Origin: Candidatus Falkowbacteria bacterium | GTDB lineage: Bacteria > Patescibacteriota > Patescibacteriia > Patescibacteriales > UBA12465 | Length of the DNA: 54,670 bases | Reading direction: 5' to 3' | Assembly: GCA_009995495.1 (NCBI GenBank) | Contig: JAACPL010000008.1 | Span: forward strand, 1 to 54,670 | In this document: piece by piece, positions 1 through 8,638 of the stretch | How positions within the stretch are numbered: position 1 is the first letter of the stretch | Layout of the letters: every line of letters begins with the position of its first letter | Notes under the pieces: generated by a model | What the model was told of the DNA's origin: nothing | Databases searched by the model: none | The model's input: the letters and a program-made list of their open reading frames with translations, nothing else | Position numbers and translations under genes: made by a program

Positions 1-24
1 GTTATTAGTTATTAGTTATTAGTT
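1..24. repeat. Heptamer tandem repeat (GTTATTA)3+, with an inverted copy at 96-112
   Basis: GTTATTAGTTATTAGTTATTAGTT at the window start; TAATAACTAATAACTAA at 96-112 is its reverse complement. Confidence 0.7.
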
Positions 25-91
25 TCAACTGTCCCCAAATTGGCGACTCTTGAAAACTATTAAATTTACTAGTCTTAAATTTTATTCTAAT

Positions 92-238
92 TTAATAATA
101 ACTAATAACTAAGCCCATGAATCTAACCTCAGGACTGGTTAATAAAATAATTTTAATAATTAAGAAGAAAAAGCCGACTGAGATCAAAGAATAAACAAAA
201 ATTGCTAAACCAAAGAAAAATTTAAATAGAGCCTCCAT
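92..238 (-). CDS. Small membrane protein, 48 aa (not in ORF track)
   Basis: Hand translation MEALFKFFFGLAIFVYSLISVGFFFLIIKIILLTSPEVRFMGLVISYY*; ATG 28 nt after the ftsQ-like stop, same strand; one long hydrophobic helix. Confidence 0.6.
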   Translation of the reverse strand: MEALFKFFFGLAIFVYSLISVGFFFLIIKIILLTSPEVRFMGLVISYY

Positions 239-266
239 ACGTTTTTAATTAAAAAATTTAATAATT

Positions 267-1361
267 TTATTGACTTAATGGTTCTGTTATATTTTCTGGA
301 TAAAAATAGATTTTATCACCATAACGCAAATCAATATACTCTAGTCTATTGAAATTATCCTTTATTTTGTTATTTTTGACAAGCATTAAGTTGTCTAATT
401 GACCTTTTATTTCATTATTGACATTAAAGTATATTTGTGGTCCATCAAGAATCTTAGCAAAAACGGAGTTATAATACTGATCGGCAATAATAAATCTATC
501 AAGTTGAAAATTATAAAGCTTTAGTTCCCCGTTTAAATTAAAAATAAAAGCTAAATATTTTTCACTTAACTTAATTTTTCCATCACTCCTAATTAAGCTA
601 TCATTATTTTTATTTTCAATAATAAAATATTTTTCTTTTTCACTTGGGCTAATACTTGTAAGACCAAGACCATTATTTAAGTTTCCCCCTTCTAATAACT
701 GGACACTAGCATCTGGAGCGATAATATTAGCCTTTAGGGAGCTCGTAGAGAGCTCTTCCCTTTCAGTTTCACTAATATCAATGAGCTCACCATTTTCAAC
801 GCCAAGAGCACTAGCATCCCTAGTTTTAGTGATTAAACTAATTTCTTCCGGCTCATTTTCTTGAAAAGTAATTTCTGTCATTAAATAGTTATCAGCCGAT
901 GAAAAATAATATTTCCCTTCTTCATAATAAATAAAGGCGTAAGGTCTTTCATTAATTTCAACAATTAATTTTCGTGGCCAACGTTTCTTTATTTTAATGT
1001 CGGCTAAATTAAATTTACTTTTAAGTCTTTCGGCGGACGCATCCTTATTAAAAAGAAAAATATTTTGTTGCTTAAAAATAAGAATACTTTTAGATTCAAA
1101 TGATGAAGCTAATTCCGTCTTAATTAAGTTGGTATTTAATCTCTCAAGGCCCCTTACTTCAACTTCAGTAATTTTCCACCAACTAGAACAAGTAAAAAAC
1201 CAAAATAAGAAAGCGGTTAAAAGTAATAGACTTACTAATTTAAATCTTCTTAAAAAAAGCCTTTCTGGTTTTTTTTCTTTTTTTCTGAAAAAAGGATTAG
1301 CAAGTTTTTTTGCTTGATAATCTTGTTTTATTTTTTTAATGCTAGTTCTTTGTCTGTTCAT
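267..1361 (-). CDS. ftsQ: Cell division protein FtsQ/DivIB-like (POTRA domain)
   Basis: Basic N-terminus, single TM, POTRA-like ITEVEVRG...IKKRWPRKLIVEINER, C-terminal YIDLRYGDKIY motif. Confidence 0.8.
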   Translation of the reverse strand: MNRQRTSIKKIKQDYQAKKLANPFFRKKEKKPERLFLRRFKLVSLLLLTAFLFWFFTCSSWWKITEVEVRGLERLNTNLIKTELASSFESKSILIFKQQNIFLFNKDASAERLKSKFNLADIKIKKRWPRKLIVEINERPYAFIYYEEGKYYFSSADNYLMTEITFQENEPEEISLITKTRDASALGVENGELIDISETEREELSTSSLKANIIAPDASVQLLEGGNLNNGLGLTSISPSEKEKYFIIENKNNDSLIRSDGKIKLSEKYLAFIFNLNGELKLYNFQLDRFIIADQYYNSVFAKILDGPQIYFNVNNEIKGQLDNLMLVKNNKIKDNFNRLEYIDLRYGDKIYFYPENITEPLSQ

Positions 1362-2488
1362 AGGATCTTTCTTCTTATATTTGCCTGGATTCTTATTAAA
1401 GTTTCATAAATTCCTCCACCAAGATGACTAATATTTTCTAATGAATTTAATTCATTCTGATTTGAGGAAATAATTTTTACGCTTGCTCCTACCTGAACAT
1501 CATTATTTTCTAAATCAAGACAACTTAAGTTCATGCAAACATTTCCGGCGAGCTTAACAAAAGTCTTTTTTTCATTATTAATTATTTCAAAATAAGCCTG
1601 TTTAGACAATCTTCTATCTAAACCCTCAAAATAGCCAAAAGGTATTAGAGCGATTTTTGTTTTTTTTGTGGCAACATAACTTTCATTGTAAGACACACTT
1701 TGGCCTGCTTCTAAATTAGTTATTTTTAAAATTGTGCTTTTTATTTCTAAGGCTGGTTTAAGCCTCGGTATTTTTTTTTCAGTAAAAGGATTATAACCGT
1801 AAAAAGCTAAACCAGACCTAAAGGCGGTGTAAACTGAGTTGTTAAGTGAGAAAATGCCAGCTGAATTACCAAGGTGAATATATTTAGGATTAAAACCTTT
1901 TGTTTTTAAAAGCTCTAGAGCTTTAAGAAAAGAGTCTTCCTGTTGTTTAAGTAATGTGGAATCTAATTCATCGGCTGAAGCTAAATGAGAGCAAAATCCA
2001 ACTAAATCAACTTTATTTAAATCTTCAAAATTATTATCAATAAATTCAGCCAAATCATCAACCCCTTCCCGGTTCATCCCAGAATTAAAAAATAAATGAA
2101 TTTTAGCTTTCTTGCCGTAATGGGATAATTCTTTTAAGGTCTCTTGTCTGTAAACAACGAACTCAGTGCGTTTTAATTTACAATAAGAATAAACATCTAG
2201 TGGCATCTCACCTAAGATTAGAACTTTGCCCTTAAAATAATTATAAGCGATTTGAGCTTCGGGATAAGAATCAACCGCAATAATTTTTGCCTGAGAACGA
2301 TTTAAAATTTGGCAAACTTCTTTCAGACCGTGACCATAAGCATTTGATTTCAACACGGGAATTATTTCGGCCTCCGGCTTCAGATTTTTTAAATAAGAAA
2401 AATTGGCTAAAATATTATCAGCTTTAATTTCAACGATATTCATCGCTTCATATTTTGGCTTTATTAATTTTCTTAAAAAATTTAACAT
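1358..2488 (-). CDS. alr: Alanine racemase
   Basis: PLP-lysine motif VLKSNAYGHG, SGMNREG, SHLA, GNSAG, GNVCMN. Confidence 0.95.
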   Translation of the reverse strand: MLNFLRKLIKPKYEAMNIVEIKADNILANFSYLKNLKPEAEIIPVLKSNAYGHGLKEVCQILNRSQAKIIAVDSYPEAQIAYNYFKGKVLILGEMPLDVYSYCKLKRTEFVVYRQETLKELSHYGKKAKIHLFFNSGMNREGVDDLAEFIDNNFEDLNKVDLVGFCSHLASADELDSTLLKQQEDSFLKALELLKTKGFNPKYIHLGNSAGIFSLNNSVYTAFRSGLAFYGYNPFTEKKIPRLKPALEIKSTILKITNLEAGQSVSYNESYVATKKTKIALIPFGYFEGLDRRLSKQAYFEIINNEKKTFVKLAGNVCMNLSCLDLENNDVQVGASVKIISSNQNELNSLENISHLGGGIYETLIRIQANIRRKIL

Positions 2489-2496
2489 AACAATTC

Positions 2497-3591
2497 TTAA
2501 TATTCCTCAGAAGCCTTAATCTCTCCTAAATTTTTATTAAACCTATCGTCGGGCAAGTTTGTGTTAATTGAACCAATTGTTCCTGATAAAGTCCTGCCGC
2601 TATATGGGTCTTTAGCAAAATATTCAATATTTTCAATTAAGTTTGGGCTTGAGTTAATTTGACTTTCTTCGGGGATAAATTGCAATTCAACCCCAAGACG
2701 CAAACCATCTTCCCCGTCTTTAATTTCATCAAGCCTCCAAATAATCAATCTGTTATCACTATCATAACTGAAACCACCATCTAAAAGAGAGTGTCTATCG
2801 GTAAAATTAACACCAAGCGGTAAATGGCCTGTCATAATAACATTTTTAACATCACCAAAATTATTGACTTCAAAAAATAACCAATAATTAGTTGGTAGGC
2901 CGACGATTGGCGGTATTGGCCCGAGTCCAAGTTTATCACCATTATTACCAGTATAAAGCATAATTGCCCTAGCTTCAAGTTGACTTTCAATTATTGGGCT
3001 CTCAATAATAGTAAATTTTTTAATAAGCTGATCCTTAATAATATATTCAGTTTCAATTTTTAAATTAGCTTTTTTGCCACCAAAATCAGACCAAAAAAAT
3101 TGTAAATTTAATAGTATTTTTTTTTGTTCTTCGGTATTCAGAGAATTAATTATTAATTCATTATTATTAATAAACTTTACGCCCTCAATCTCATCTAGTT
3201 CTGGATAAATATCTCTAAGAGAAAGATTATTATTAACTGAAGTAATTCTTATTTTTAAATCTTTTATTTCAAGTGGTGAATTATTATTTAATTCTACTTC
3301 TAGTTGGGCCACTCGATTTGATTCGTTTAAGCTTAAATTTTTAAAAACCATTTTAGTTTCAAGCGGTGGATTGTCTAAATCTATAACATAAGAATCATCA
3401 GGCTTAATTGGTTTATCTTTTTGATAATTAGGACCAATTAATATTTGCGGATTATAGAAATAAAGACTTAAAAATAAAACTAAAAGACCAAAAACAGTAA
3501 AAACAGAAGCAATGTCAACGATAATTGGCCAACGACTTTTGCTATAATATTTTAACCAACGGTTTTTAGCTCTGCGTCTAAAATTAAACAT
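2497..3591 (-). CDS. Membrane-anchored hypothetical protein with beta-sandwich (DUF11-like) ectodomain
   Basis: N-terminal TM, GPIPPIVGLPTNYW segment, LPLGVNF and IWRL beta motifs; start placed at MFNFRRR (3591) because the track start overlaps the upstream gene. Confidence 0.6.
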   Translation of the reverse strand: MFNFRRRAKNRWLKYYSKSRWPIIVDIASVFTVFGLLVLFLSLYFYNPQILIGPNYQKDKPIKPDDSYVIDLDNPPLETKMVFKNLSLNESNRVAQLEVELNNNSPLEIKDLKIRITSVNNNLSLRDIYPELDEIEGVKFINNNELIINSLNTEEQKKILLNLQFFWSDFGGKKANLKIETEYIIKDQLIKKFTIIESPIIESQLEARAIMLYTGNNGDKLGLGPIPPIVGLPTNYWLFFEVNNFGDVKNVIMTGHLPLGVNFTDRHSLLDGGFSYDSDNRLIIWRLDEIKDGEDGLRLGVELQFIPEESQINSSPNLIENIEYFAKDPYSGRTLSGTIGSINTNLPDDRFNKNLGEIKASEEY

Positions 3592-3607
3592 ATATTTACT
3601 TTTAATT

Positions 3608-5632
3608 TTAATAAGGATTTTGTCGACCGACAAGAATTTCAAGATTTCCATCATCATTAATATCGCTTAAAGATATTTCAAATTTATCTCTTTGGTCTTG
3701 ACTATAAGCAAAGAAACCGCCAACAACCTTGCCTTGATGATTAAAAACTCTAACATGAGGGCCGCCGCCAGAACTAGGAATAGTAACTATTTCCACTTTA
3801 CCGTCAAGATTCATATCACCAGCGGCTAAACTAACTCCGCCTCTAAAATTTTTATCATAGGCTAAAAAACTAAATTTTAGCTCACCACCTAAAGAAAAAA
3901 TCTTAACTAATGGTTCAGTTCCCCGTCCAGGAGTAGTGATTATTTCTACTTTACCATCACCATCTAAATCAACAGCTGCAACATTAACTCCGGTTCTTAA
4001 ATTTTTATCATAGGCAAAAAAGTTTCCTTCTAATTTCCCTTTAGCACTAAAAACTAAAACTTGAGGCCCACCGCCCTGCCCCGGCCCAACCACAATTTTA
4101 TCAAGAAAACCGTTTTTATGACTAACCGCTAAACTTAGACCATTTTTAAATAAAGGAAAAGGTCTAAAAGAATGATTATGACCATTACCATTAACTTTTA
4201 TTAATCCAGCACTAGCACTAATAATTGTGTCTTCGAAATTATTATTAGTTAAAGCTATTATTTCCGCTGAACCAGGATAGGCGCTTAAAAAAGAAAAAGT
4301 GGCTGGCTTTATTTGTGTTCCCTTGCCATCAAGAAAACGATAAAAATAACCATTAGTAAAAGTTGAATTCTTGATTGCTTTATCATTTTTTATTAAAATT
4401 GCCCCAGTATTTGGTTGTAACTCTAGAAAATTAATTCTTTCTCCATTATTAAAGTCTGAATCCTGGTTTCCTTTTGGTTTAGAAAAACTCTCTTGAGAAA
4501 AAATCTTAATTTCTCTTTTTGAACTAGCATTAACAAAAACACTAGCATCCTCAAAATCGCGACGGAATACGGAATTATTAATTATCTTAGAATTATTTAA
4601 AAGATTATAAGCTTGAGAATTAGCCCGACCTAAATTAATATCATATTCATCATACCACCAAAGCTGGGCATGGTTCGTTGTGTCGTAGTCATAACTAAAA
4701 AAACCATCACCTAAAAGGGTACTACTTAAACCAAAACGCATCAATTCAAAATTGTTTTGATCTTTATTATAAGTGTTAATAATTGATAGCGACGGGCTAG
4801 TATTAAGACTTGGTAGTTTTAAATAATTATTCATCGAGCTCGCCCAAATCCCATCACCTTCCCAAAAAGCCGGAAAATTTTCGAACATCATTCCATTTAA
4901 TGTTGATTGATATGGTTCATAAATTTTACCATTACCAATAATTAAAAAATCAGGACCAACCAAAGTTCTTGTTTTATCTAACATTTTTTTAAATCCCTCG
5001 GCCCAAAGACTATTCATCTCAGTTGTAGTTTCTCGGCACCCATCATTATCTAAATCAATGTCAGTTTTATTTACCCAGGCTAAGTCGCCCCAAGTATTAT
5101 CATAGAAAACACCGTCCCAAAGACCAGCGGCTTTGATATTATTAGCAACGAACTCTGGTAAATAATCATTAAACCTTTGCCCTCTTTGATTGGTTTGTGA
5201 CTTATTACTTAAATTAAGCATATAAGTTCCGGGCCAATTACTAATTTTATTACCACCCTCATCCTTTAAGTACCAAGAATCATTAATTCCCTCTTTTAAT
5301 TTTGGTCGTAAATGAGCGAGATGATAATATTTAAAATCATCCATTATTTCTTGAGCGGTAATATAGGCTAAAATAATAACATCAGGATTAAGTCTTCTAA
5401 TTTTTTTTAAAGCTTCGGGGCTATTTTCCTGAACTTCCATATCAAGAATTAAAAGATCCCACTTAGCTAAACTTTCCGCCTCATAGTCGCTTATTTCCCA
5501 TTTCAAAAAATAATTAGCTAAGCGTGGAAAAGTATTTTTTACTTCTATACTGGCTTGGGCTTGATTTGTAAAATTAAAAATAATTAATAATAAAAAAGCA
5601 GTATATAATATTTTTTGAAAAAAATTTATCAT
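3608..5632 (-). CDS. Secreted putative glycoside hydrolase (GHL15-like TIM barrel) with C-terminal FG-GAP-like repeats
   Basis: Signal peptide ending AQA; LAKWDLLIL, WDGVFYDN and GMMFENF motifs; repeats VAAVDLDGDGKVEIIT, AAGDMNLDGKVEIVT, GGGPHVRVF. Confidence 0.7.
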   Translation of the reverse strand: MINFFQKILYTAFLLLIIFNFTNQAQASIEVKNTFPRLANYFLKWEISDYEAESLAKWDLLILDMEVQENSPEALKKIRRLNPDVIILAYITAQEIMDDFKYYHLAHLRPKLKEGINDSWYLKDEGGNKISNWPGTYMLNLSNKSQTNQRGQRFNDYLPEFVANNIKAAGLWDGVFYDNTWGDLAWVNKTDIDLDNDGCRETTTEMNSLWAEGFKKMLDKTRTLVGPDFLIIGNGKIYEPYQSTLNGMMFENFPAFWEGDGIWASSMNNYLKLPSLNTSPSLSIINTYNKDQNNFELMRFGLSSTLLGDGFFSYDYDTTNHAQLWWYDEYDINLGRANSQAYNLLNNSKIINNSVFRRDFEDASVFVNASSKREIKIFSQESFSKPKGNQDSDFNNGERINFLELQPNTGAILIKNDKAIKNSTFTNGYFYRFLDGKGTQIKPATFSFLSAYPGSAEIIALTNNNFEDTIISASAGLIKVNGNGHNHSFRPFPLFKNGLSLAVSHKNGFLDKIVVGPGQGGGPQVLVFSAKGKLEGNFFAYDKNLRTGVNVAAVDLDGDGKVEIITTPGRGTEPLVKIFSLGGELKFSFLAYDKNFRGGVSLAAGDMNLDGKVEIVTIPSSGGGPHVRVFNHQGKVVGGFFAYSQDQRDKFEISLSDINDDGNLEILVGRQNPY

Positions 5633-5634
5633 TT

Positions 5635-6909
5635 TTATTTTTTTACTATTCTTTCTTTAGAATCAGAAAAATATTTTCTTAACACTTCTGGAATAAAAAT
5701 TGAGCCATCTTTTTCTTGATAATTTTCTAAGATTGCAATTAAACAACGCGTAATAGCGATAGCCGTTCCGTTTAGAGTATAAACAAATTCTTTATCTCCG
5801 TTTTCGCGTTTAAATTTAATATTGAGGCCACGTGCCTGATAATCACCACAATTTGAAGCAGAAGTTACTTCAGCCCAATCGCCGTCAGTACCGTCATTAT
5901 TTGGCTTACCCGGCATCCAGGCTTCAAGATCAAAAGTTCTCATTGAAGGCGCCCCTAAATCAGCCGTACAATGATCAACGATCCTGAAAGTTAAACCAAG
6001 TCCAGAAAATATTTCTTTTTCAATTTCTAATAATTCTTCGTGAGCCTTTTCTGAATCTTCTGGTTTTACAAATTGGAACATTTCTATTTTTGTGAATTGA
6101 TGGACACGAAAAATTCCTTTAGAAAATTTTGAATAAGAACCAGCCTCAGTTCTAAAACAGTGGGAAACGGCGGCATATTTTTTTGGTAAATCTTGTTCTT
6201 CTAAAATTTCGTCTTTATGTAAACCGCCTAAAGTAATTTCAGCCGTACCAATTAAACAAAGATCAGAATTTTCAATACTATAGACTTGAGTTGAATCGCC
6301 TCGCGGATTAAAGCCTAGCCCTTCAAGTACTTCTTTTTTAGCTAAATCTGGACTAGTAAAAATACCAAACCCCTTTTTAACTAAAATCTCTAAAGCGTAT
6401 TGGATTAAAGCAAATTCAAGTAAAGCTAAATCATTTTTTAAATAATAAAATTTTGCCCCGCTAACTTTCGTTGCTCTTTCAAACTCAATTAAATCTAGCT
6501 GGTTTGCTAATTCAACATGGTCAAGGGCTTTAAAATCAAATTTTTTAACTTCGCCAAATTGACCAATAATCGGATTATCATTTTCATCATCACTAACTTT
6601 AACATCTCTATGACTTAAGTTCGGAATACTCGCGTGAATTTTTTTGAATTCGTCCTCCTTCAAAGCCAAATTTTCTTCATCAGCTTTTAAATCTTCGCCC
6701 AACTTTTTCATCTTAGCAATTATTTCTTGGTCGGGTTTTGTTTTTGAATAACGATTTCTCTCCGCTCTTAATTCTTCAGCCTTAACTTTAAGGGTTCTAA
6801 TTTCCTCATCTAATTTTAAAAAATCAGAAATATTTACCGGCGCTAAACGATTGCGAGAATTATCTTCAACTAATTTCGGGTTTTCTCTGATAATTTTTAA
6901 ATCCAACAT
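5635..6909 (-). CDS. serS: Serine--tRNA ligase
   Basis: MLDLKIIRENP start, GTAE, FRTEAG, FRVHQFTKIEMF, TLNGTAIA class II motifs. Confidence 0.98.
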   Translation of the reverse strand: MLDLKIIRENPKLVEDNSRNRLAPVNISDFLKLDEEIRTLKVKAEELRAERNRYSKTKPDQEIIAKMKKLGEDLKADEENLALKEDEFKKIHASIPNLSHRDVKVSDDENDNPIIGQFGEVKKFDFKALDHVELANQLDLIEFERATKVSGAKFYYLKNDLALLEFALIQYALEILVKKGFGIFTSPDLAKKEVLEGLGFNPRGDSTQVYSIENSDLCLIGTAEITLGGLHKDEILEEQDLPKKYAAVSHCFRTEAGSYSKFSKGIFRVHQFTKIEMFQFVKPEDSEKAHEELLEIEKEIFSGLGLTFRIVDHCTADLGAPSMRTFDLEAWMPGKPNNDGTDGDWAEVTSASNCGDYQARGLNIKFKRENGDKEFVYTLNGTAIAITRCLIAILENYQEKDGSIFIPEVLRKYFSDSKERIVKK

Positions 6910-6938
6910 ATAATTTTATTATAAAATTCTTTTAAATT

Positions 6939-8612
6939 CTAATTGATTACTTCCCCACCGAAAGCATTTAATAAATTTCCCAGGGCATCTTCTGGTTGTT
7001 TTTTTTCTTCTGTTTTTTCTGTTTGAGGGATGATTGGGGTTTCGGAGCTATCAATTTCTGCTCCAATTTCTGAGCCAGAGCCAATCTTTAAATTTTCGTC
7101 AATTTCCGTCTTAAAGTCAAGTCCGGTACCATAAACTTCAGCCAAAACATTTTTAACAATTGTTCTAATATCATTTTCATTAACTCGGTTTTGGTGAAAC
7201 TTATATTTAAAGGCTAAGGAAAGGCAGGAATCTATAATTGCTTGAGGGTGACAACTTTGCATCACAAATGATAAAGAATGGTTGTGATTTTTAATTTTAA
7301 CTAAAAATTCTGGCCACTTGGCATAAACTTCTGCTTGCGATAAATTTTCTAAAACAATGTTTAAAGCTTTAGTTTCTGGTTTTTGCTCTTGAACTAAGTC
7401 TTTCTTTAAAACATTACTTTGACTAAAATTATCACTTTTTAAATTAGTCGTGATTAGCTTATTCACAACTTGCTTAGGCTTATTATCTCCAGCCCCATCT
7501 GAATCAACCCCATCTTTTAAACCAAGACAAATTTCGGCAATAGCAATTTCTAATGGTAATTGTGGAATGTTTTGACTTCTGTTATCGGAGCTGGCTATCA
7601 TAAACTTTTTAATGAGAAAAATTATTTCTTCTTCATTTAAAAGAGCTGATACTTGTAATAAATCTTTTTCTATTGTTTCTCCTAAATCAAGACCAAGACT
7701 ATCACTTAAGCCCGGACTAATTTTATCAAGCAATAAACGACGAGAAATCGCGATTAATTCGGCATTAAAATTTTTCATATTAATACCGCTATCACTTAAA
7801 CTATTTAATAAAATAAAAGCTTTAGCCGTATCTTTTTTGCTTAAATTTTTAATTAAACTAAGTGCTTCTCTATCACTAGCTGGCGGTAAAATTAAATCAG
7901 CTTGTTCTTTTTTAATTACCTTCCCGCCAATAGAAAGAATCTGCCCCAATAAACTTTCAGCGTCGCGCATATAACCACCACTTTTCTTTGCAATTGCTTC
8001 TAAGACTTCACGATCAATTTTAACTCCTTCCGTTTGTGTTATTTGGCTTAACTTTGTTAAAGTTTCAACTAAACTTATTTTTTTAAAATCAAAACGCTCA
8101 CAACGAGAAATTATAGTGCCGGGCACTTTTTGAATTTCTGTGGTGCACAAGATAAAAACAACATAAGTAGGAGGCTCTTCCATTATTTTAAGTAGGGCGT
8201 TAAAAGCTTGGAGCGATAACATGTGAACCTCGTCAATAATAAAAACTTTATACCTGCCATTGCTCGGGGCAATTCTAGAAAAAGAAATTATATTTTCTCT
8301 AACATTATCAACCCCGGTATTAGAAGCAGCGTCAATTTCTAAAACATCAAGATTATTTCCTTTTTTAATTGATAAACAATTATCACATTCATTACAAGGC
8401 TCAAAACTATCATCTTTGCGATTCAAACAATTTATCGCTTTAGCTAAAATTCTCGCTGTTGTTGTTTTACCAACTGCGCGTGGTCCACAAAATAAATAAG
8501 CATGGCCAAGATGCTTGGCTAAAATTTCATTTTGCAAAGTTAATTTAATATGATTCTGTCCTAAAACCTCGAAAAAATTATTAGGACGATAATCACGATA
8601 TAGAGTTGACAT
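6939..8612 (-). CDS. dnaX: DNA polymerase III subunit gamma/tau
   Basis: LYRDYRP, GPRAVGKTT, PCNECDNC zinc site, EIDAASNTGV, IIDEVHMLS, TIISRC. Confidence 0.97.
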   Translation of the reverse strand: MSTLYRDYRPNNFFEVLGQNHIKLTLQNEILAKHLGHAYLFCGPRAVGKTTTARILAKAINCLNRKDDSFEPCNECDNCLSIKKGNNLDVLEIDAASNTGVDNVRENIISFSRIAPSNGRYKVFIIDEVHMLSLQAFNALLKIMEEPPTYVVFILCTTEIQKVPGTIISRCERFDFKKISLVETLTKLSQITQTEGVKIDREVLEAIAKKSGGYMRDAESLLGQILSIGGKVIKKEQADLILPPASDREALSLIKNLSKKDTAKAFILLNSLSDSGINMKNFNAELIAISRRLLLDKISPGLSDSLGLDLGETIEKDLLQVSALLNEEEIIFLIKKFMIASSDNRSQNIPQLPLEIAIAEICLGLKDGVDSDGAGDNKPKQVVNKLITTNLKSDNFSQSNVLKKDLVQEQKPETKALNIVLENLSQAEVYAKWPEFLVKIKNHNHSLSFVMQSCHPQAIIDSCLSLAFKYKFHQNRVNENDIRTIVKNVLAEVYGTGLDFKTEIDENLKIGSGSEIGAEIDSSETPIIPQTEKTEEKKQPEDALGNLLNAFGGEVIN

Positions 8613-8638
8613 AGTTTTCTTTAATTTCTTTAATATTT

